DNA of 63,649 bases, filler included, from Reticulomyxa filosa (Eukaryota; Protista; Foraminifera), in the NCBI GenBank assembly GCA_000512085.1. It is 16 parts of 16 records of this genome, joined end to end, with 100 filler letters (N's around TTAATTAATTAA, not from the genome) between each part and the next. Parts side by side here need not be neighbours in the genome. Positions count along the whole stretch, not along the records: positions 53,874 to 55,319 come from ASPP01048628.1; positions 55,420 to 57,313 come from ASPP01028609.1; positions 57,414 to 62,549 come from ASPP01006823.1; positions 62,650 to 63,649 come from ASPP01004140.1; 12 more parts are not named here. One strand, given 5' to 3'. The first letter of the stretch is position 1; every line of letters begins with the position of its first letter. This document shows, in pieces, positions 54,708 through 63,649 of the stretch. Below the pieces are notes generated by a model that worked only from the letters and a program-made list of their open reading frames with translations, was not told where the DNA came from and made no database searches. The translations under genes were made by a program, and so were the position numbers.

Positions 54708-55090
54708 ATGAAGAGCTTGCACGATTGTGCATAACTAAGCCTCTATGAGTCTCCAGCGAGAGTGAAAAAAAGAGCCTTGAGATGTAGTCGGGAGTATGCA
54801 CACGGCGCTCTCATTACAAAACTTAAAAAAAAATATAGCCAGTTGAGAGGTATTCGGAATAGACGATACAAGTCTCCGGCATTATATATAGGTGACAGTA
54901 GATATGTGTGTTGATCTTACAAGCTCCAGTCTTAATATATTGGTGACAGTTGAGAGGTATGCGTTGACCTATAAGTCTCCGGCCATATATGTAAAATTGC
55001 GACTGTTGAGAGGTACGTCAGCGAATACTAGTCTACTGGCGCTCGATGTTGAGAGCTAGTTGAGTCCAACTCACTTACAAAGTCTCCTGC
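54708..55090. repeat. Degenerate array at ~52-bp period: conserved (C)AGTTGAGAGGTA, variable core, TACAAGTCTCCGGC
   Basis: Clear units at 54838-54880, 54891-54931, 54942-54984, 54999-55042 and 55045-55090. Weaker units at about 54708-54757 and 54778-54812. Confidence 0.75.
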
Positions 55091-55419
55091 GTTTAAAATA
55101 ACATGCTCAATCCATTTCTATCTTTCTATGTTCGCACATGCTTCTTTATTTATCCTTCATTGTTATGTGATAAATGCCAATGCCACACCGACTTTTACTT
55201 TTGTTTCAAACTAATTAAATCTTTAAAATAAGCAAAGTTAAGAAAATACTAAAGGGTTTAGTTGTTTATATATTAAAAGAAAAGAATTAAAAAAATTTGT
55301 TTGTGCCAAATAAATTGTANNNNNNNNNNNNNNNNNNNNNNNNNNNNNNNNNNNNNNNNNNNNTTAATTAATTAANNNNNNNNNNNNNNNNNNNNNNNNN
55401 NNNNNNNNNNNNNNNNNNN

Positions 55420-57313
55420 AACCATTGTCCAGGATCATTCTCACGCATTATCTGTTTACTCACCTTGGAGAAGTCATTTGAGATTATGGAAGCAGCAAAG
55501 ATCAAACGAGAATAATGAAAAATGATGTGACGAAAATAACGTATGGTCACTTCGATGGATACAATCGACAATTTTTTACACAACAACAGCGTGATGGATA
55601 CAAGAATATCACGCAAGATAGTTTGTTGATCCAAGATACGTGCATGACACGAAAAGTAGTTTTGAATCAGGTCCATCGCATATTCATGAAATGATTTCTT
55701 AGGAATATCCCAGGCTGTCAAATGTTCGCCTCCAATCAGTATTTGTTCCAAATTTGTTACACATGAAGCAAATCCATTTCTTGGTAAGTTAGAATAGGTG
55801 GCAAGTTGGCGTTGATACCATTTATGGATATAATAGCCAAAGGGAAAAGAAAAGCGGAAGTTGTCTTGAATGGAATAGAGCTGAGGTTCAATTACAAACA
55901 AAAGCAATTGATTGGGATTAAAGCTTGGAGTTTTCATTTTGACTAATTTTTGATTGTTCAGCGCTTTTTCAAACAATTCTGAATACCATTGGTGCCCATC
56001 CTCTTCGTTTTTCTTGCTTTTGGCATAGTCCTTTTCAATATCGTTTTGATACATATTATATATATCATGTAAATAAAACATGTGACTATGTGGTGAGTAT
56101 ACAAAACTGCAAAACCACCGTTTTGATAAATGACAAATAAAACGTTGACCAAAGTCAAAGTTAACAAAGTATCAATATTATTCTGGCGTCGTGCAAAAAA
56201 AGGTCCTTCGATGTTTTCCTTTCTTCCCTTCTCTAAGTCCTGCAAAATATCATCAATTGACCTATTTTCTGCAGCTTTGGACAGGAGTTCCTTCAATCGT
56301 TTTATAAGCAAGTTTTTACAATTCTCAAATTTTTCGTCCCTAAATATCAAGCGCAATACTTTTTTTCTTCCAATGACTTGAACGAATGTGAAAAATGTAA
56401 TCTTCCAAATACTCGGTGAGCGCATTTGAACAAGTCCTGTGAAACAACAATTTCTTTTTTTATTGCATTATTTATTCCAAAAAAAATTCAAAAGAACTGG
56501 TTCGCTTGACCTGTTTATCTATTATATCCTCCAACTTTTTTTTCAAATCTTTTTGCAAGGATATCGGACTCGTTGATAATAAATAGTCAACATATACAAT
56601 CTTCCACTTTCTATTATTTTTTTAACAATAAAAAAGATAATAAACACGATCCCAATCTTGAAGAAAATATTTTTTTTTAACTGTCGAAATATTAAAGGAA
56701 AGGATGATTCTCTAGTGGTGTTAATCAGCAGAACCACTAATTTCTTTTTTTCACTATTGTTCGGATCGCTATAAAAGCGATAATGTTCAAATTGAAGGAT
56801 ATGTATTACTTGTTCCAATTGACGGACACTTTCAGATGTGTGGCGATGTTGAAAGATTAACACATCACTCAACACTTTACTCTTGAAAAATTCCGCAATC
56901 GTATTTTCAAATTCACTGATTTTTTTGAATGACATAATTTTCTTTGTATAATGGAGCCACTTTATTGGAATGTTGCGCTCTACATCATTTGTAATCACCA
57001 TCAACATTTGGTCTCTGGATTTCTCCTTTTGATCTGTCACAGCCTTTCCCTTTTTATTTGTGTCCATGCCAAACAAAGGAGATGATGCTATAAATGCACT
57101 GTAAAAAAAAATGTTTACACCTACCAATGAATAAAATTGTATGTCTTCATTAATCTTTGCTTTGATAACTTCTTCTGGTTGACACAAGGGAAGAAACAAG
57201 TCTAACAATTGCGATCTCAATTCCTCTTTGTCAAAGTGAACAGTGTTCAATTTTATATATGTTGCTTCCATTTGTTCCTTTTTTTCATCGTCCTTGCTTT
57301 CTTCTGTTTTCAG
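55420..57313 (-). CDS. Internal fragment of a giant RNF213/mysterin-like protein (post-AAA+ region)
   Basis: Ordered motifs SEFENTIAEFF...LIFQ...LVVLLINTTR...F...WKIVYVDYL, GPFFARRQNNIDTLLTLTLVNVLFVIYQNGGFAVL and FSFPFGYYIHKW recall the RNF213 segments ending WxxVHIDDL, GTF...LAxxIxxIDRxGNLxLL and PFSWxI. Both ends are cut. Confidence 0.55.
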
Positions 57314-57413
57314 NNNNNNNNNNNNNNNNNNNNNNNNNNNNNNNNNNNNNNNNNNNNTTAATTAATTAANNNNNNNNNNNNNNNNNNNNNNNNNNNNNNN
57401 NNNNNNNNNNNNN

Positions 57414-58926
57414 TCTGTGCACTTCAATCTCAAATCCCGTAAAACTGTAATGGCCAAGATTAAAGAGAAGGGAAAAATTGCACAATAACTCGATCCACTC
57501 GCGTATGCATAAAATACTATCATAAAAGAATTCAATGTATAAAGCCCGAGCTCTAAGCTCCTCTCTTACGTAAAAAACGGATCTATTGACCCCAATTTCT
57601 CTCTCTTTTGCGAGAAGTTCCTTGATCAAATCGGATAAATAATTACAAAAATTTTGTCCTGAGTTTTTCCATTTCTCTTTTGCTATCATAGATTATATAA
57701 ATGTATATATAATATAACGATTACTACTATTGAAATAAAATATATATGTATATATATTTTATATAACCGATAAGAGGAGCAGACTCTTTAAATAAGCGGA
57801 GAAAACGTGTCGCAAAACCATATTCGATAAAAACCTCGCATTGAATACAAAAAATGCTATGAAAGAAATTTTTTACGGCGGAGTTGGCAGGATCGGTCTT
57901 GAACATGTGGCCGAAGTTTATGGAGAGTGAGTGAAATTGAAATTTCTGTATGTGTTCTGGTGTCACATCAATTTGTAAATCTTGCGGATCCAAAATCAGT
58001 GAGTAGTCAATAAATCCATGGTTTGTGCTCATCTCAATATCGGGACACCAATCATTCATGTCTCTCTTTGCAATGACCGACCATTCCTTTATCATCGACT
58101 TACTGAAAGGATCATTGTTGTTGCAGCCGTGCTTTTTCCAAATCGACACAATCTCCTTCCAATGTGGGGACGAACTTGGCTCTAACATCGACCGATGACA
58201 CAACACTGGCCTTTGCTCAAAGAGATAGTATAGAATATTCAATTGGATGCCTGTCACTTTCCATTTGTGAATGCTTTGCCAAGGAAATTCTCCCAACTCA
58301 TTCAATATATTTTTATCATCTGTTTTGTTGTCATCACTTTCACTTGGAGCTCTCAGTGGAAATGTATTCACCAACACCTCTCTTCTTTTATGATCGACTT
58401 GTAACATTTTGTTCCACACCCTTCTGGCATCAAACATATAGTCGATTACTTCCAATGTATACTTTTTTTTTGGTTTTAATTTTTTAAAAACACAATCTAT
58501 TCATTTTTTTTTTTTTAAAAAAGACGTTTCTGAGTTTATATATATGTATTTTACCTTTTTAAATAACATTGGGCTGGACACGAATACGCGAAAAAATGAT
58601 TTGGATAAAAGAGGCAAAATTGAAAAAAAATCACTTTCCAAAAAGGAATAAATGTGCAATTGGACATTAGTTGACAAAATTTCATCAATGGAGCTTGTGT
58701 GCAGATATAGGTCACAGATCTTGTTTTGTGCTGAAAAATGATCACTGGTATTGTTCTTGCTTTTTTCCATTTCTATATTTAGTTTGGTCCTGAGTAGTTC
58801 TTTAAGTTCTTCAGTGTTGAATAGTTGAGTCATAAATCCTATTAAATCTTGTTGATTTTGTGCGTTATCTATCGAATGTACTACATGGCTGTACATGTAA
58901 AGCATCTTTGTGTCCTTGAAATCCAT
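57414..58926 (-). CDS. F-box-like domain protein (multi-exon, 3' end cut)
   Basis: SIDEILSTNVQLHIYSFLESDFFSILPLLSKSFFRV fits the F-box pattern LPxExxxxIFSFL....L..VSKxF. Three ORFs are separated by intron-like tracts. Confidence 0.55.
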
Positions 58927-59202
58927 TTGAAATGTACTCTCTTTCTAGAGTTTTTTTGTAGTTGCACCCAGCAGAAGAGTACCTGTTTATAGGAATCAAT
59001 TCATAAAACTGAACAAAAAAAACACACTTGTATACAAAAATTCAAAACTATTGGCTATGGATATAAAGATTCTCATATATAGATTCTGTTGTAATAGCGT
59101 ATTGCAGGGGTTCATTGGGGTGCACAACAAGCAGCATATAGGTAGTGGACAAAACGCAAACTCACAAAAAAAAGGTTTATCTCAATAAAATTATCTGATC
59201 TA

Positions 59203-61146
59203 ATGTATAAGTATCAGTCGCTTTCACCTCTACAAATGAGGAAATTGCTGAATGATGGACAGCAATTCACTCAACAAGACGAAATAAGACAAGCACTTAA
59301 AGTCTGGGACAAGTCCAAAATAGAAAATGCTGCCCCAACGAAAAGTGCAGTTATTACTGTCGAGGAAAAGACATCACAGCTCGGCAATGTTGAAAAAGGT
59401 CCATTATCATCGACCAGTAAACCTATGCGTTACCAAATTGATGATACCGTGTGTATAACATGCGAGACTAACGATGTTGTGAATATCACTTGGACAAACC
59501 GGTTCGCAATTTCGAACGAGCGATTGACAAAAATTAACACCTTTGTAACAAAAAGCCAAAGTTTTAAGCAAAACCAAGATATAAAGTTACCAAAGTAAAA
59601 ACGATAACAAAAGAGAGCAAAGACGAAAGAGGAAGGGAGAAAAAAGACAACAAAAAGATTTTATTTTTTATTTTTTTTTTTTTTTGCTTATATAATTTTG
59701 TATGTGTTGATGGAGATGGCGATAGAAATGAGGAGACAAAGACAATAGTGACCAACTTCAAAAATACTTTACCAGAAAAAAAGAAAGGAGTAGATCTAAC
59801 AGATGAAGAATGGATATCACTGATGTCAATAGCCTATCACTATGGTAGCGATCCATTTGGAGCCTCTCTAGACGAGAATCGCAAGAAAGCAGTGGCATCG
59901 ATGTACCTTTCGAAATGCGAGGTAAGCAAACAAAGCACAAAATATGCCATTGGAGAGTCGATTAATGATTTGGCAAGTATGATGAATGTTCCACCTTTGT
60001 TTGCGCTTTTGTCAGTTTGGAGTTATATTGATGGCAAATGCAAGGATGCCACCATCGCACAAACAAAAAAAGAAATGGAAAAATTTTTTAATTACATTTT
60101 AACAGTTTCTGTGGACGAGGCTATTGAATATGGTATCCAACCAAAACTTATTCAATGTGCCAAAAAAGTTAATTTGTACTTTATACAAATATAAACACAT
60201 ATAAATACATATATGTATATATATATATATATATGTATATGTATATATTTATCTCTATGTGTATATGCATCATATAGTATGTTCCATATTCTCAATTAAG
60301 ATCGGTTGGTGTGATGATGTCTCTTGAAGACACCAAAAAAAATCTAAAATGCTCGAATTTGATTTCAAAGAGAATTCTGAGCACATGTGGTGCTGACGAC
60401 AATCTTCATGTGACGCTTCTATCTGTGGTTCATTTATGTTTGAATATCAACTCGTCTCTCTGTCACAATGGCCATCTTTTGAATCTAATCTTTGAAAACT
60501 GTATCATTGTTCAAATTTTTAAATTTTTGTAATTTTATCAATGATGTTGTCATTCAAAGTCCCAATAAGTTTCTTCAATTTCAGGTAGCTTTTCCCCTCA
60601 ATCTATTCGCTCTTTTGCCATCAACTCTTGCTCTTACGCGTCAACACACAAAACAAAATAAATAAATATTTGTTTATTTACTTCTATTTGTACATTTTAA
60701 ACAATTCATAGCCAACTGCTGGAATCACTCAATATCCAAATTTTCTCAAAGCGGCAATGGACTCACAGTGTATCTTGCCAAGTATCGTATTTTCGAATAA
60801 TTCCATCATTGAAACTTCGAAAAAAAAGGAAGCTCCATATCTGTTGCGGATCAATGGGGTCATTATTCAATGGATTTTTTGTTTTGGACTAATTATGTTT
60901 GGTCCTCATTGGCCAAATTTAAGGCAACAACTTGTTCAGTCCATCGCTGCGATGCGCTGCAATGGCGCCATTTTTTGTTTGGGATTTACTGATGCTGCTA
61001 TTCAAGAAGTTGCTACACTTCTCAATTCTATTCGCAAATCACAAAAAATTTCGCGCATTAAAGTTGCGTGGGTAAATGTTAATCATTGGTTACAACGTGA
61101 CGTTCCAGATCCTTTAGACTTTGGTCAAATTTGGTGGCTTCACTAA
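59203..61146 (+). CDS. Multi-exon hypothetical protein
   Basis: Co-oriented ORFs 59203-59598, 59748-60194, 60311-60532 and 60757-61146 are separated by poly-T/(TA)n intron-like blocks. Confidence 0.55.
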
Positions 61147-61380
61147 AATTTTTTTCTCCTTCGCTTTCGGTTATTCTTCTTTTTTTGTTTGTGCAAAACA
61201 ATAATAGCCAAAAAAAAATGAAAACTTTGCACAATATTTATACTCGAGTTTGTTTCGTTTAACAATTATTAGAGTGCAAGACTTGGTCTCTGTAGCTTAT
61301 AACCCTCATTAAAGGACTACCGTCTTTATGTTTGAAAAGGATCTTCACGAAAAAGGGGGCATAATATTCAGTTAAAAAAA

Positions 61381-62502
61381 ATGAGTCTAACTCCTAGACT
61401 TTTTACAAGTGTCAAAAGAGTAAACATTAATAAATTATTTAGGTTACAATACCATGGGTTTTCTATCCAACAAGGACTATATGAGCAACAGGAGCGACAG
61501 AGGACGTGTGTGGATTTGACGTCGTGTTCAGCAACAACGGAATCAGCACTACAATCGTTGTACCAACGGAACCTCGACTGTAGAAGTATTGATTCAGTAT
61601 TGCAAGACGAGTATAGTGAGAAATTTTTGCGAAATTTGGTGTATAAAACAAGCCAAACGCTATGTGCCCGTGACATAGTGGTGAACTATCAATCGAAAGT
61701 GATCGACGAGAGTGTAATTTTACTGTTGCGAGAAATGAACGAAAAATACAAAGCAAAAAAAGCGGAAGAGAATGGCATGTTACCAAATGTCCATATCGTT
61801 GAGCTTGGTGTTGGATTTGACAGTCGGTTTGAAAGACTGTTTATCCGGAATGATGTTTCGAAGAAGTTGGAGTTGATTTGGGATGAGAACAAGACCGACA
61901 CAACACTCACGGACGAATACCGTTTGTATGAAGGCTTCGGCAAGATAATCTATCACGAAGTTGATTTGCCCGATATCATACCCGTACGTAAGACATTATT
62001 AATTATGACACGTGTGTGGAAGCCTTTGCAAATGTTGACTCCCGAAGAGGTCGAGCGGGAACAAAAGAAATTCATTCACAGGGAAATTTTGAGTGGTAAC
62101 ATGACCGACAAACAATGCACTGTCGACTTGCTCAAGCAAATGAAAAAATATAGCAGCAACGACAATAATTTGGAAAATCCCAACAATATTGTCATCTTTG
62201 TGGTTGAAGGGACGTGGAGAGGCTTTGAAACTTCCAAAGTGCGACAAGTGCTTGCACATTTGCAAATGATTGCCTCTTTTGTCGGACCAAGCCATTGCTA
62301 TCTCATCACGGACGAAGGCACGTCCATCGAAGGGTTTTTCGAACTCCAAAAGTGCATTGACACAAACAAAGTCCATATTCAAAAGCAAACTCACGTCATG
62401 ATGATCCCCAAAGTGAAAGCACATATGGGCTTAATCAGTCAATGGCTGTTTCATCCTTTTTGCAAAAAGTATTATAACGTTGCTGTGGCCAACTGGCTGT
62501 AA
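61381..62502 (+). CDS. Intronless SAM-dependent methyltransferase, leucine-carboxyl methyltransferase/TcmP-like family, with putative mitochondrial presequence
   Basis: HIVELGVGFDSRFERL (LCM motif I, xVxLGxGxDxR), YHEVDLPDIIPVRKTLL (EVDLPxVxxxRxxL), IFVVEG and N-terminal ESALQSLYQR. Basic, acid-free N-terminus MSLTPRLFTSVKRV. Confidence 0.8.
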   Translation: MSLTPRLFTSVKRVNINKLFRLQYHGFSIQQGLYEQQERQRTCVDLTSCSATTESALQSLYQRNLDCRSIDSVLQDEYSEKFLRNLVYKTSQTLCARDIVVNYQSKVIDESVILLLREMNEKYKAKKAEENGMLPNVHIVELGVGFDSRFERLFIRNDVSKKLELIWDENKTDTTLTDEYRLYEGFGKIIYHEVDLPDIIPVRKTLLIMTRVWKPLQMLTPEEVEREQKKFIHREILSGNMTDKQCTVDLLKQMKKYSSNDNNLENPNNIVIFVVEGTWRGFETSKVRQVLAHLQMIASFVGPSHCYLITDEGTSIEGFFELQKCIDTNKVHIQKQTHVMMIPKVKAHMGLISQWLFHPFCKKYYNVAVANWL

Positions 62503-62851
62503 GGCCTTGATATATGTCATTTTTTTAAAAAAATAAATTTTTTTTTTTTNNNNNNNNNNNNNNNNNNNNNNNNNNNNNNNNNNNNNNNNNNNNTTAATTA
62601 ATTAANNNNNNNNNNNNNNNNNNNNNNNNNNNNNNNNNNNNNNNNNNNNTGATTTCATCCAACAAAAAAAAAGTTATTAAAAAACCAATATCATATTTAA
62701 AAACTACAAGATTTAAAAAAAAAAATTAGGTCTAAATGTTGATTTTTCATGGAGAAAATCAATTATCATCATAGGATATCGTTTTAGGCGTTCAGTTTTC
62801 TTTGCAACCTACTGTAGCATCAATAAACAGCACTTGTATTCAACACTTTAA

Positions 62852-63364
62852 TTGGAATTTTTGCGTGATTATAACTTTTTGTCACTATATGACAGAGATA
62901 TATTCGCACGAGATGCGTTGTTTCATGTTTTAAGGGATACTCCAGGTTTGCAAAATTGTGCAATGTTCTTTTATACTCATTTGCGCACTTGCACTGTTTG
63001 CCATTTAAAAAACAGATTCGATGATCGATATGGATATGCACATGTGTTGTATTGTCGTATCATATGTGGAGAGACCTGTGTTGGCAAAAAAGACTTAATA
63101 CAACCACTTAAGAGAACAGGAAGTAGCGTATCGCTAGAATTTGAAACGTTTACTGACAACTTGACAAATCCAAGCGTGATAGTTTGTTGCACAGATGATC
63201 AGGTAAGCAAATTTGATGCGTTTTTCTCTCACAATATAAATAAAAATAGACACTTGCGTGTTATTTGCTCTATCTTAGGTTTATCCAGCGCTGAAGCTGA
63301 TTATCAAGAAAAAAAATTAAAACGTTTCTTTATTATGTACATATTCTTCTGTTTACTGCTTTGA
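62852..63364 (+). CDS. Hypothetical or degenerate fragment with a P-loop-like motif
   Basis: RIICGETCVGKKDLI resembles a Walker A (GxxxxGK[ST]) lacking the S/T. No ATG start. Confidence 0.3.
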   Translation: MEFLRDYNFLSLYDRDIFARDALFHVLRDTPGLQNCAMFFYTHLRTCTVCHLKNRFDDRYGYAHVLYCRIICGETCVGKKDLIQPLKRTGSSVSLEFETFTDNLTNPSVIVCCTDDQVSKFDAFFSHNINKNRHLRVICSILGLSSAEADYQEKKLKRFFIMYIFFCLLL

Positions 63365-63649
63365 ATCATTTTGTCAGATGCTATTCCAATTTTAAAGATA
63401 ATCAAAAAATTTCTTCATCTGATATTTTTTAATTCTTTTCTTGATTCCATGTCACATATCCGAACTGTTCTATCACAACATATTAACATAAATTGACCAG
63501 CTGAAAAAAATTAACACGTTTTATATCGATAATTTAAAATATTTAGCACGTATGATAGATGTCAATTACTTCACATATTTGTCACAGGTTTATCAAAAGA
63601 TGGACTTAATTTTATTTCTTTTTTGAATTATTTTTTATTATTTGAATTA

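Noticed and set aside
52105-55090. Functional link between the bacterial operon and the neighbouring repeat array
   Set aside because: They are on different contigs separated by a linker, so adjacency is artificial.
54708-55090. Calling the array a CRISPR array, hammerhead ribozyme cluster or riboswitch
   Set aside because: The repeats are too degenerate, the cores too short and partly related, and no cas genes are present. CTGTTGAG resembles the hammerhead CUGAUGA, but the GAAA core is missing. Resemblance to c-di-GMP or glycine riboswitch segments covers only a few bases.
11650-62649. Recurrent palindromic TTAATTAATTAA as a biological repeat, CRISPR repeat or recombination site
   Set aside because: It is always centred in N-runs of fixed total length and is a six-frame-stop linker added during concatenation.

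Overview
This window is not one contiguous locus. It is 16 separate contigs joined by 15 artificial 100-nt linkers (N-run, TTAATTAATTAA, N-run). Fifteen contigs are very AT-rich eukaryotic DNA with short GT-AG introns full of poly-A/T and (TA)n tracts. The expanded Kelch-like, WD40 and caspase-like families and the many pseudogenes resemble a protist draft genome such as the foraminiferan Reticulomyxa filosa (inference, not checked). Recognisable genes: a J-domain-less DNAJA-like protein, PduO/MMAB cobalamin adenosyltransferase, an ABCC/MRP transporter, a WBP4-like U1-type zinc finger, a Kelch-coiled coil-SAM-U-box E3 ligase, a GPI-anchored mucin-like protein, mitochondrial 2-Cys peroxiredoxin, Cdc6, a hemerythrin-like protein, a PIG-V C-terminus, an RNF213-like fragment, an F-box-like protein and an intronless LCM/TcmP-type methyltransferase. 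Decayed relics absent or only fragmentary in the ORF track include a Tc1/mariner transposon with a candidate right TIR, an actin-like C-terminus, WD40, caspase-like and U-box pseudogenes, and a possible 5S rRNA-like fragment. One contig (52105-53773) is GC-rich bacterial DNA carrying part of a dpp/opp peptide ABC operon. The most unusual non-coding signal is an array of about 5-7 units at a ~52-bp period at 54708-55090, with conserved, mutually complementary flanks around a variable core.
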